Assembly (NCBI GenBank): GCA_965153355.1
Contig: OZ231126.1
Span: forward strand, 13,144,001-13,208,000
From: Flaccisagitta enflata
Taxonomy: Eukaryota
DNA length: 64,000 bases
Direction: 5' to 3'
Under the pieces are notes generated by a model, which was not told the origin of the DNA, did not search any database, and saw only the letters and a program-made list of their open reading frames with translations. Made by a program: the position numbers and the translations under genes. Shown piece after piece: positions 13,925-28,252 of this stretch (positions within the stretch are counted from its first letter, which is position 1; each line of letters opens with the position of its first letter).

Positions 13925-15015
13925 CAGTAGATCTTGTCTAGACTTGAGATAACGGGGGCAAGCATTGTAGAAAAACAAATGAAGCTAAGGGTAGTTTGGA
14001 GGAGTCAAAAATTCAAAAAATATTTTTTTCCCATTTTTTAGTTGTGATGTACTCATATGCATCTTGCAAGATGTTATCAAGCGATTTTTTCTCAAAGAGA
14101 TATTAGCAACTAGGGTTAAATGCACTAAATTTAATGTTTATTGGCCTTTTTATTTTTGTTTTCAGTAAAATCATCATTTTCCCTCATTAAAAATGCGAAA
14201 TTTGGATCAAAATTCAGACCATAGCTTCCAAGCAACATCTACCAACATCACCTAAAATTTCATGAAATTTGGAAGTCATTAAGATGCATATGCTCATGCA
14301 AATTAGCCGTTTAGACTAATTTGCATATCAGAATTCAATCTTTGACAGGCAGGCCGCATTGAGCCGCAAGGAGAAAATCGATGAGGTAAACGGCATTCAA
14401 TTACATATCCAATTTTGTTCCTTTGAAAAAAATTCCAGATACTTACAGGAATATTTAGGCTTTGGTTGACAAAAAAATAATGCAGACAAATCAAACCCAC
14501 TGCCGGTGGCTACCAAGGGAGTGATATTTGAAACATAGACTAATAAAGGGATGCTTTTTTGCCCATGATAGCTGGTTGCTATGGAAACACATTTCCATGT
14601 ATTCACGCTAAAGTATCAATATTTTGAGAAATTTTTTGAGGGAACATTTTTAAAAATTAAATTTGCTAAAACTTTCCCACAGTATGTTCTGTAAGAATGT
14701 CGCTCGTTTAGCGGTTGCTAAGGGTTGTCACACATAGATACGCTCCCTAGCAACGGCCAAACGAGCGACATCCTTACAGAACATACTGTGGGAAAGTTGT
14801 AGCGAATTTGATTTTAAGCAATGTTCCCTAAAAAATTCTCTCAAAATATTGATATTTTAGCGAGAATACATGGAAATGTGTTTCCATGGCAACCAGCTAT
14901 CATGGGGAATTAAGCATCCTTTGATTAGTCTATGATCCAAATATTGCTCCCCTGGCTTCATTTGTCTTTCCACAGTGCTTGCCCCCGTTATCTCAAGTCT
15001 AGACGAGATCTACTG
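13925..15015. mobile_element. Non-autonomous TIR element with TA TSD and internal ~440-bp palindrome
   Basis: TA|CAGTAGATCTTGTCTAGACTTGAGATAACGGGGGCAAGCA ... TGCTTGCCCCCGTTATCTCAAGTCTAGACGAGATCTACTG|TA; second inverted repeat ~14510-14955 centred near 14730. Confidence 0.88.
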
Positions 15016-18000
15016 TATGTATGGTTGAATCCAAAATTTAGTATCAATTTTTCATTTGCGAATGTGTACTAAAGTTAACAAAAAATCTGTCAAAGCACTT
15101 GTATTCTTTTGTAAATCTTGATTTGTTTGGTTATCAATTCATCTACTCATTTGCAGTCAAATCTTTGTTATTTGGCTGTGAAAATTTTGAATAGTTCGCA
15201 CAGCGCAAGTCAAAAAATTATTGAAGTATCTGATTTATGGAGACTTATAATTTAAAGGCCAAAAGTTATAAAATGCAAATAGTAATAATATGTTTTGTTG
15301 TGTTTTTTTGGAACTCTCAAGGCATCTTGGAATGGGCTGATAAGCTCATCATATACTTCATGCTGGCTAACAAGTTTATTCCATATGATTGAGACCACCA
15401 ACAGAACAGTTCCCTAAAATCATGAGATTTTCTTCTGTGGCAGATTTCATCCATCTCATTTCAATCTTGTAAAAGCTTGTGAGGGAGAAAAGAAATACTA
15501 CAATATGTTAATGGGATCCAAAATGATTTTTCGCTTAACAACATCAAGGTCTGTTAGAACAGAAGGCAAACTCATTTACATATTGTAGACCTAACTGTTT
15601 TTACTGATCCTGGATGTTAAATGACAATAATGACTAGCCTTCATTTAGGTTATTTTCTTATGCTCACTATGAATAATTAAATATAAATTCACAGAAACAG
15701 TAACTTAATTCTTTTCTTAAACGATTCATGATGAATATTTTGCTGATTATGGTTTTTAGATTAAAAGAAAAAATCAGAGTGAAAAAAATATAGATTATAG
15801 TTGATGGAAAAAAACTTTTTTTTAGCATTCTGTAACTTAGTAGCTCCATGCATGAGACTAACCCCAATAAAAAACACTGCAATCTGTATTACTGCCCTTG
15901 CCCAGCCCCATTTTTGCTTGTCCACCCCAAAGTGATTATTTATTGGTTGTGTGTCCAGCCTTGTCTGAATCTCAGTAGCAAGCCCTCTCTTGAGAGATTT
16001 GCTCATCAAACTTGAGTCACCTTCCAAGCATCATGTTAAATCTTTCATGATTTTTTATTCTGTTCTTTTGTTTTAAGACTTGGTTCAGACGACAAACAAG
16101 AGATGGCAATCACCAACAGAGGAATTTCTTCAAAAGTTGTACTGCTGCTGCTTTTGCGTCCTTTGCCCAAATAAGGACATTCTTTTGCTGTGGAGCACTA
16201 GGTTTCAAATACCTTTTGTTTTTCCTCAAATGCAAAAAGAGACAGAGATAAAGTACAACTAATGGCCATCTGTGGGGACAAAAATACAGGCAAAAGAACA
16301 GTTATCCCAATGTTTATTTTGGTTGTTTTAGGGGTTACAACAGCAAAATAAAACACTTTCTTCATTGCAGATTAAAGAGTGGAGTCAGAGCTTTCCTTTA
16401 AACTATTAAACATGTGTATCAAAATTGATTTCAGCTGTTTACATGACAATTTTCGCAGATGATCTGTTTTCATCTTTGTTTGTTTGTTTTCCTATGTAAA
16501 CAAACACCCAAAAATATGTACTCTTTAATTTAGACTCTTTGAACCATGATCTTCACACAGAAACAAACCGCGCGTTTCTAGCTGCTCTAGTTGCTGAGCT
16601 ACGTTTTTTATGAAGACCCGGTATTGATAATAGTTTATTAGTTATGAATATTTTTTTATTAAATCACGTTTTAAATAATGTCCGAGAGAAAGGTAAGACT
16701 TTTTCTTAAACCGCGGTCGAATGTTGTTTCAGTCAAAGTGTTTGTCTCACGAGTCACGTCGATCGCATCAGTTAAAAAAATGAAGTAACGAAATGCCCAG
16801 GGACGAAAGATCGCCGCGCGTTATCGGCTTACATACTTATTTGAAATGTTGATTTCTCTCGAACGGTTAGAGATATCTGCATGAAATTTTGATCATATTA
16901 TATTATTACATCACACCACTTACTGACAATTATTGAGTGTAATCCTGACAGGTGAACATATCAGAAATCTTAGAAAAAATTCATGTTTTTGACAATGTGA
17001 AAAAAATGTTATACCAGGTTACGGCCAAAGTAATTATATGATCGCCGTACAACTTACCCAGGATTTGTCAAGGTCTTTGATGGTTATTCATGCAAAATTT
17101 CAGAAAATTTCATCGAATGTTTTTTGAGCTTCGCTATTTCGAAATTTTTGGGTAGGTAGGCTGGTTCGGGTGGTTGCACAATCTGAAATTTATTCAACCT
17201 TCACTCATCAGTAGACAAGGTCATATGATGTTACCATACAAAAAATCAAGTCAATCGGTCAATCCGTTCATGAGATATGAGCTGTCAAAGTTTAGGTAAA
17301 AAAAGTCACGACGATTTCCGCCACTAAGAGAAAAAAATCACGGACACGTACGTTTCGTTCTCTGACTTCGCGAATTTCACGCTCGAGCGCTCATGAAATC
17401 ATGAATTAAGTTTCTTCTTTTGATCTTTACATCTAAAGTGTTAGGAGTATCGGAAAAATGAAAAGAACAGAGGAAAGCTTAAACACTAGGCTATGTTATG
17501 ATGTAAAATTTGATAGTAATATCTTAAAAAACATAACACAAGGTTACTCCCTTCGGACCGGCCACCTTCAAAAGTTGTATCGGAAAATTCCGATAGACAG
17601 ACGAAGACGAGCGAAGGTTTATATCTAAATTAAGACAATGAGGAGGGCACTCTAGGCCGAATCCTCATCTGAAATGCTCCCAAACCACTCAAAGCAGAAT
17701 TAGACTAGAGTGGTTGTAATTTTCACTGCTTATTGTAATTAATATATTTTATGAGGGATTTTCAAAAACAAAGTTTTTTTGGGCCCTGATTGATACTTTA
17801 TTTGCATCACTCCTCTTGTTTTACATTATCTTTTAACACAACCTATTATTGACAATTTTTGAAGATTATAAGATGAAAATTCCCAAATTTTTTTCAAATA
17901 ATCATTTATTTTGTTTAATATCTGAAAATATCAAAGCAGGAAAACAAAAAAAATATATTTTTTTTATTTCTAGACTATTTTTCATGATAGATTTTTATAT

Positions 18001-18217
18001 CCTTAAAAGAAAAATTTAAATAATTCTTTCTAAAGAATAAATAAAAAATTGTGTCAAATTAGAAAAATGAGAACAAATTTTCAATGATGCGTTAATTTGT
18101 AATGAAAAGAGGATAAAATCGGCGACAGTTTTGAAGCATTTGTAAATTGTGTCAAAATCAGGATAAAGCTAAACAGTGAAAACAAACTATAAATCAACCT
18201 TTTTCATAGATAAGATA

Positions 18218-18980
18218 CACCGTTTTTAAATCGAAATGGCAAATAGTAAACCTTTGTAGCTCCAAAACTACTAGCCCAAAAACCTTCAAATTTTCAGTGA
18301 ATGTTAGTAACAACTGACCATTTTGTCATGCCAAAACTCAGATTTTATAACTGAATAGGTTGGGGGTCATTAAAGCATTGAAAAGCTATCAATTTTATGG
18401 AAAAAAAAACAATTTGTCCCAGCTATACTTGGAAGAATCTTTTTTCTTTTAATGTTTTTTTCCTGATTAAGTAAGCTTGAACCCTGGGGTTGGTCTTAAA
18501 TGAAGAGTTACAAATCATGAATATAAGTTTTGCTTGAAAATTTCATTATTTTATCGTATTCATGAAGATTTGAATGATTTTCAAATGATTGACAGTCTGG
18601 ATTTTAGCAATGATTGCCAAAAACCAATGATAACCTCAATCTATATCCAACTTTTTTCAATTTTTTAGGTAAATGTGTAATCTCTGAAAAATTTCCTATC
18701 ATTTAAGACCAACCCCGGAGTTCTAGCTCAATTTTTTTGACATCTGTACATTGATAAAGACAAGTCTTTTCAAATAAATCAAGAAAAAAAATTCAGCCCT
18801 GAAAATTGGGCATATTTTGTTTGTTTTACTGACCCCAAACTATTCAGTATCAAAATCCGAGTTTGGACATGACAAAATGGTCAGTTGTTACCAACATTCA
18901 ATGAAAATTTGAAAGCTTTCAGGCTAGTAGTTTTGGAGCTACAAAGGTTTACTATTTGCCATTTTGATTTAAAGACGGTG
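18218..18980. mobile_element. MITE with long TIRs, TA TSD
   Basis: TA|CACCGTTTTTAAATCGAAATGGCAAATAGTAAACCTTTGTAGCTCC... mirrored by ...GGAGCTACAAAGGTTTACTATTTGCCATTTTGATTTAAAGACGGTG|TA (~150-bp TIRs). Confidence 0.88.
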
Positions 18981-19405
18981 TAAACCAGTTTTTAAGATCC
19001 CCATGAGAAACAAAAATAAAAGACACCAATTAAAAATAAAAATAAGGGATGTCTTATGTCATTCCACTTAAGTCCGAATTCTGACTAAAGTGGTTTCAGT
19101 TTAAACTAGTCCAAAATTTGGCCTAAAATGGTTCCCCCCAGACGATGAGGGAGAATGAATAACGAGAGAGAAGAGAGAAGGAGCAAAGTGAGACACATTA
19201 CATATGAAAGACAAAATTAACACAAAAGAGACACAAAGAAACAATTTTAGAAACGAGAATGATTGGCAGGGGGGGAAGTGAATATATAAATGTAAATGAC
19301 AACACTAATTGAAAGGAAGAATACATTCTGCGGTCCAGAAAGAGACAAAATAAAGAGACGATTCTGATAAACTGGTTCATACCACAGCCCAAACTTTATT
19401 CTAAC

Positions 19406-21262
<1,857 letters not shown>

Positions 21263-21426
21263 CTGTAGTAGAGACAATTTAAAGGATACCACCTTTTTAG
21301 TCGGAACTATAGAATATATACAAAAGGGTGTCCTACCATCTATCTGTCCGTCTGTCCCATCAGTCGGTCCTTGTGCATGAATAAAAATGATTATGTTCAA
21401 GATTTAGATATGTGAAGGGGAGGGGG

Positions 21427-22455
21427 CACAGTGCGGCCAAAACCTAACGCCCGCAGATAAATGCCCTATCTCCACTCCGACCCCCTAATCACCCCTGCCA
21501 GCCTACACAGTGCGGCCAAAACCTAACGCCCGCAGATAAATGCCCTATCTCCACTCCGACCCCCCTAATCACCCCTGCCAGCCTACACAGTGCGGCCCAA
21601 ACCTAACGCCAGATAAATGCCCTATCTCCCTCCGACCCTAATCACCCCTGCCAGCCTACAGTGCGGCCAAAACCTAACGCCCGCAGATAAATGCCCTATC
21701 TCCTCCTCCGACCCCCTAATCACCCCTGCCAGCCTACACAGTGCGGCCCAAAACTAACCGCAGATAAATGCCCTATCTCCCTCAAGCCCCTAATCACCCC
21801 TGCCAGCCTACACAGTGCGGCCAAAACCTAACGCCCGCAGATAAATGCCTTATCTCCACTCCGACCACCACTAATCACCCCTTGCCAGCCCACAGTGCGG
21901 CCAAAACCTAACGCCATGAATAAATGCCTATCTCCTCCAAGCCCCCTAATCACCCTGCCAGCCTACACAGTGCGGCCAAAACCTAACGCCATGAATAAAT
22001 GCCCTATCTCCTCCGACCCCCTAATCACCCTGCCAGCCTACACAGTGCGGCCAAAACCTAACGTCCGATCTTAGATAAATGCCCTATCTCCACTCCGACC
22101 CCCCTAATCACCCCTGCCAGCCTACACAGTGCGGCCAAAACCTAACGCCCGCAGATAAATGCCCTATCTCCACTCCGACCCCCCTAATCACCCCTGCCAG
22201 CCTACACAGTGCGGCCAAAACCTAACGCCCGCAGATAAATGCCCTATCTCCACTCCGACCCCCCTAATCACCCCTGCCAGCCTACACAGTGCGGCCAAAA
22301 CCTAACGCCCGCAGATAAATGCCCTATCTCCACTCCGACCCCCCTAATCACCCCTGCCAGCCTACACAGTGCGGCCAAAACCTAACGCCCGCAGATAAGG
22401 ACCTATCTCCACACAGACCCCGCAAGTCACCCCTGCCCAGCCTACCACAGTGCGG
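21427..22455. repeat. 80-bp minisatellite, ~13 copies
   Basis: Unit CACAGTGCGGCCAAAACCTAACGCCCGCAGATAAATGCCCTATCTCCACTCCGACCCCCCTAATCACCCCTGCCAGCCTA, exact period 80 over 22081-22398; central copies carry small indels. Confidence 0.95.
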
Positions 22456-22860
22456 CTCCAGCCAACCTGTTTTATTGAGTAATGATAAAATTTATAAGGA
22501 CATGAGGCTGAACTTTTGTCAAGATTTAAGGACTAGCCCCTGCCACAAATCTAGTGAAAATTTTGTTTCATATTCAAGATTTTAATCATTTTCATAAAAA
22601 TTGTCAGTAAAATTTATCTTCAGAAAAGAAAATAGTAATATTTTGTTTTCATACATGGAATATGTTAATTGTTATTACTCATACAAATAAAAACTTATCA
22701 GCGCAATATATTCTATTTGTTAATAAACTTTTCACGACAAGTAGAAATTTTTAACATTAACAAATAAGAAGAACATTTCCGCTTTAAATCTTCAAAAATT
22801 TATGGACGTCCCAGCCTCGGAAAAATTTCACTGATCCATATAGACTGAAAAGAGTGTAGT

Positions 22861-23223
22861 CGTTTTGGCAAGTGATGTCCGAAGCAGGTGAGTTAGTTAG
22901 TGCTGCATCTGTGGCTCCTTCCCATCCTAATTCCGTGTTGTCTGTAACTTCAGCTAACAAAACACCAACAGTGACAAGCAATCAGCCAACTGTCATTTGC
23001 TGTTTTGGCAAGTGATGTCCCAAGCAGGTGAGTTAGTTTAGTTTAGTTATGTTTAGCCTTAGGAAGACTCTTACAGTCTTATTAAAAAGGCCATCGTAAT
23101 CTTGAAAAAGTAAAGACTTTGAAACCCACGGTATGCACACCAAGAAAAGAAAAAAAGGAAAAGAAAAGAAGTGCTGCGTGCCAGCGTCACTGGCTGCTTC
23201 TCATCCTAAGTCCGTGTTGGCTG
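22861..23223 (-). pseudogene. Two decayed partial copies of the adjacent BBS9 exon
   Basis: 22861-22955 matches 23359-23450 (EVTDNTELGWEGATDAALT) with a 4-nt insertion; a second copy is split into 23002-23035 and 23170-23223 by an insertion. Confidence 0.8.
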
Positions 23224-23226
23224 ACA

Positions 23227-23292
<66 letters not shown>

Positions 23293-23347
23293 ATAACAAA
23301 CAAAGTACAACAACAACCGGCAACCGACAACCGACAAACCAACCAAC

Positions 23348-23531
23348 CTGTCTTTGGCCGTTTTGGCAAGTGATGTCCTAAGCAAGTGAGTGAGTGCTGC
23401 ATCTGTGGCTTCCTCCCATCCTAATTCTGTGTTGTCTGTGACTTCGGCTGATAAAGCGGAAGTCAGGATTTCAAAGGCGGCGTCTTCAAGAGGGACCCAA
23501 TGACGAATCAACGTCGTCAACAGTTTCGTGC
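23348..23531 (-). CDS. BBS9: BBS9/PTHB1 coding exon (C-terminal helical region)
   Basis: CAG|...|GTTGGT boundaries; translates (G)TKLLTTLIRHWVPLEDAAFEILTSALSAEVTDNTELGWEEATDAALTHLLRTSLAKTAKD, matching my recollection of the vertebrate BBS9 motif ELGWEETVDAAISHLLKTCLSK; in phase with the 25184-25367 exon. Confidence 0.9.
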
Positions 23532-23764
23532 CTGTCGTGTGATGAGAATTTCATAATTTGTGCATGTTTTCAATCAGTATTGTTTTCCTGGTCCATTTTC
23601 TTTCTATGCTAGATCTACTGAATCACGGACAGTCGGACACGCGAGTCTTTAATGCCTGCGTCTGAGCCACATTTTGAACATTCGGTTGGTCGGTCGGTCA
23701 GTCTGTTGGTTTGTCTCCCTTCCCTTCGTCCTTGGTTTCTTTTTCTTTCATTCTTTCTTTCTTC

Positions 23765-23803
<39 letters not shown>

Positions 23804-23816
23804 TATTTCTTTAAAG

Positions 23817-23931
<115 letters not shown>

Positions 23932-23940
23932 TCTATTTTT

Positions 23941-23973
<33 letters not shown>

Positions 23974-24319
23974 TTTCTTCTTTCTATCTCTCTCATTTCT
24001 TCTTTCTTTCTTTTTTCTTTCTTTCTTCTTTCTTCTTTCTTTCTCATTCTTCTTTTCCTTCTTTTCTTTTTTTCTTTTTCATTTTTTCTTTTTCATTTTT
24101 AAACGCAAACACGCGACTCTAAACCTTGCCGTGTCGGTCGGTAGGTCAGTTAGTCGGTAAGTCGGTAGGTCGGTGAAAAACTTTTTTGAATTGCGAATAG
24201 TTGCATCACGGCTCCTGCCCGACCGTCCGCGACTGTCTTGCCGTGTATCCGGCCTTGTTTTTCTTTCTTTCATACTTTCTTTCTTTTTTTTTTTCTTTCA
24301 TACTTTCATTCTTCCCTTT

Positions 24320-24796
24320 TGGGACAGCGGCCCCGGAGGGGCTGATGACCTATGATTCAACATAGGGCAATTTTCTCAGTTTCTGTCCGTCCGTCCGTCC
24401 GTCTGGCCCGTCCGTCCCCCTCCCCAAGCCTCAAATAAAGCCTCTCAGACCCTGGAATAATGGCTCTTCAGACCCCAAATCAGACCTTACTGACCCCAAA
24501 TCAGGCTTCTCAGACCTCCAATCAGGCCTCCCAGACCCCAAATCAGGCCTCTCAGACCCCAAATCAGGACCCCAGACCCCAGATCAGGCTTTTCAGACCC
24601 CAAATTAGACCCTCAGACCCTGAATCAGGCCTTTAGACCCCAAATCAAGCCTCTCAGACCCCAAACCAAGCCTCTCAGACCCTAAATCAGACCTTTCAGA
24701 GCCAAAATCAGGCCTCTCAGCCCTCCAAACCAGCTTCTCAAACTGGAGAATATTGTCCTATGTGGAATCATAGGTCATTTGCCCCTCCGGGGCCGC
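24320..24796. mobile_element. Dispersed TIR repeat (GCGGCCCC...GGGGCCGC family) with internal ~20-bp tandem units
   Basis: ~55-bp inverted termini around CTCAGACCCCAAATCAGGC-type repeats; related copies at ~32200-33540, 41250-41745, 44540-44905, 53405-53770 and a fragment near 2870-2980. Confidence 0.75.
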
Positions 24797-25047
24797 ATGT
24801 TCCCCTCTATAATCTCACCCAACATACATCAACTAGGAAAATGGCACCGCTGACCATGGAACGCTGGTGACTGTTTCATTCTCTTTTTCATTTTTCATTC
24901 TTCATTGTCTATACTTTCATTCTCTTTGTTTCTTTCTTTCTTTTTTTCTTTCTTGGTGTCAGTGTCTTACTGTCCAAATGTCTGTCTGAAAGCGAGAATG
25001 AGTGTTTGTCTCCATCTGAGTTTGTGTGTGTGTGTGTGGGAAAAGAG

Positions 25048-25138
<91 letters not shown>

Positions 25139-25183
25139 GTGTGTAAAAAGGCGTTGGTCAAAGGGTCTGTCATCAACACTGAC

Positions 25184-25367
25184 CAGCAGAAAGTGCCGCT
25201 GCCGAGAGATCGAGCATCCTGTAATTTTCTTCGATGGCTTCGCCAAGTGCCAGGATTTGACGATAAGTTCCATCGAGGAGGACGTCGAGGTTGTTCAGAG
25301 GCGCCGGAGTTTTGTCTTTGAAACGTGTCAACAGACGTCGCTGAATCGCACGAAATTGTTGAGCTCG
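25184..25367 (-). CDS. BBS9: BBS9/PTHB1 coding exon
   Basis: GCAG|CGA...GCT G|GTCAGT; translates RAQQFRAIQRRLLTRFKDKTPAPLNNLDVLLDGTYRQILALGEAIEEN, the highly conserved BBS9 motif QFRAIQRRLLxRFKDKTPAPL. Confidence 0.95.
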
Positions 25368-25436
25368 CTGCATCAAAGCGCAATGGATACCATCAAATCG
25401 CCATCAAATCAAATTGTCAACTTATCGTTAGTTTGC

Positions 25437-25501
<65 letters not shown>

Positions 25502-25674
25502 GCTGTTGTTGTTGTTGTTGGAATTTCGTCACTGTAAGCGCCGGTATCGCGTTTCCGCCATAGCCACCGTCAGCGCCGGCGTTGTTGTTCCGCCAACATC
25601 GGAGCAGACGTCGAAATTTCCGCTCCTGTCCACGTTGCCGCTTCTTTACCGCCGTAATCGTTACGTTGCTGTTT

Positions 25675-25724
<50 letters not shown>

Positions 25725-26013
25725 GGGGTTGGGGTTGGGGTTGTGGCTGTCGTTGTTGTGGATGTTGTTTTTCCTGTCATTTTGTCATTTTCATTATTAT
25801 CATAATTTGTTTTGTTCTTGTGATAGTTTTTGTAGTTGTTGTTTACGATCATTTACCTTGTTAGGTGCGACATGGCACCTCTATAACTGGCTGTGTCCGT
25901 TGGTTAGTCGGTCAGTCGGTCAGTTGAACGGTTGGTAACGCAATCTCTCGACGATCCACACGTCGCACCTTATTGGCCTACTTGGCCTTATTTTTCTCGC
26001 AATGCGCTTATAC

Positions 26014-26182
26014 CTGCGACAACAATTCTTTGTAATGATCTGCTTGCGTCCTGAGCTGATGATGTCCGTCGATCAGCGTGAAGTATTCCTCCAACGGAAG
26101 TGGACCGTCAAAAGTCAATTTGAAAGGCTCAACGCCAGCGCCAGCACCACGAGATCCATGAGAACCGAAGTGTTTGTGCATC
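26014..26182 (-). CDS. BBS9: BBS9/PTHB1 coding exon
   Basis: CCAG|G ATG...TCG CAG|GTATAA; translates MHKHFGSHGSRGAGAGVEPFKLTFDGPLPLEEYFTLIDGHHQLRTQADHYKELLSQ (cf. BBS9 FSGSIPLQEYFELIDHHFELR...ELLSE); phase 0 junction to the next exon. Confidence 0.9.
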
Positions 26183-26213
26183 CTGGATATGAGTCAGAGT
26201 CACAGAAGCAGAG

Positions 26214-26313
<100 letters not shown>

Positions 26314-26707
26314 GAATGACAACAAAAGGCCTTTTGATCCGTAAAAAAAAGAGAGAAAAAGAGTGAGAGAACAAATTATGTCATTTCCTTATTTGCATAT
26401 TGACGTGGTTCTAAGTTCTTTCAATCATAAACTCTGGCTAATGAAAAATGAAATGATACCACTAGAAACCGATATTTCTATTTTTTCATTTAACATAGAT
26501 TCGAATGGGTTATGCTTGATAAAACGGGCTCTCGTTTGAGGGAGAGGATATATTTTTTTCTGTGACCTTTCGAGCTATCGATAGAGTATCAATTTAAAGA
26601 AAATTAATAAGTGACTTGTTAAAGATTTTTTATTTCGCTTTTCGATTTTTAAAATATATTTTAACGTAGACTTCATCGGCCATGCCGTAATTGAGAGGTC
26701 TACTGAG

Positions 26708-26994
26708 CTCAGTGGCCAAACTGGTAACTAGGTTACCAGATCTGGTAACCTGGGAGGGTCCCCTAGTAACCTGGGAAGGCATTTGATAACTTAGTAACCT
26801 GTCTAGTAACCTAGGAATTTTATCTGCACTTGGTAACTTGGGCAAAACCTGGTAACTTGTAACTTGGGAGAAATTGGGATTTTTAATATTATTCTAGATT
26901 TGAAGAAATAATCTAAAATTTTTACATGAATCATTCATAATGAGCATCTTATCATTCACTAAGCATATGTCACCAAGACCTACTCTCTCTTTTT

Positions 26995-27056
<62 letters not shown>

Positions 27057-28210
27057 TCTCCTCTGTTACTTTCTGTGTCCCTCTCTTACTCTTACTCAGA
27101 CAGATTGCTGCTTCCTGTTCCACCCAAAAGAATTGTAAATTGAAGTTGGAACTATAGGCGGTTTTTAGTTGTGGATAAGAAGTTTTACACATTGCTATGC
27201 TGGTTCCTTTGTGCATCTGTCAATCCACTTATTGATTTGTCCATCAGTCCATCTAACATCTTTAAATTACTGGTTTTCTTTTGTCCTTTTTATGGGTTTT
27301 TAAGTCAGTCTGAATATTGAGTATTGAGTGTCTATATTTGTTGTGTTCTTGCTACTGCCCTACCATTTGCGATTTTTGCACTTTGTAGAGCTTGTTAATA
27401 TTATATAAAATTGCGATTTTTTTAAATTCTGCAAAAGAAGACCTCTAATGAAACTTCAAAAACAAACCGAGCGCTAGACCTAACCCTATTCCCAGCTTTA
27501 TCTCTACCCCAAACCTTAACTCATCACTTTCTTAAAAACACTTTAAAACAAAAAGCTGGGTTTTTTGTGGTAATATATGTTTATGTTAGGTTTAGGTGAA
27601 AAGGAAGGGTAGTTGAAAGAGAGAGAAGAAAAGATAGTTGAAAGAGAGAGGTCTCCAGGCACAGGCTGTGGACTGTCTGAGAAAGAGGAAGAAGGCATCT
27701 TCCCCAACCCAGGCGTGTTAGGGCCCTCATCCTACCTTATCCCAAGAACCAAAGAAAAAAGTGAAGAAATGAGAGAGATAGAGTTGAGGGTGTAGAAGCA
27801 AAGCAAGAATGAATTGGAGAAAGTTAGGTGAAGATGAACCTGAGCAGGGAAGATGAGGAAGAGGGATGAAGAGGAGGAATGATAAGGAAGAGGGATTAAG
27901 TGAAGAAACACAAAGTTGGACAGCTGACAACCAGATATAACAGGACCAAAGGACCAGAGACAATCAGATATGCACGGGATAGACCAAAGAGCAGATTTCA
28001 TCAGACTTCATCCATATCACTCAAGCATTTACAATGGGCTAAATATGTGAACTGTTACAGCTAAAAACATATCTACAAAAAAAATTTTGCCTGTACACAT
28101 ATACACAGACCAGTGCTATATTAATAGACCACTGGAATGTAAGAAGAGTAACCAAAGTATCAGCTATATCAATAGACCTGAAACATTGATCACCCAAAAA
28201 AAAAATATAA

Positions 28211-28252
<42 letters not shown>

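Noticed and set aside
21427-22455. CRISPR array or V(D)J recombination signal array
   Set aside because: Units are contiguous with no unique spacers and no cas genes; CACAGTG is not followed by a nonamer at 12 or 23 bp spacing.
25530-25665. GC-rich island in the BBS9 intron with RYRRLQ resembling BBS9 RYRIQ
   Set aside because: Wrong position in exon order, followed by a stop, and the flanking exons already splice in frame without it.
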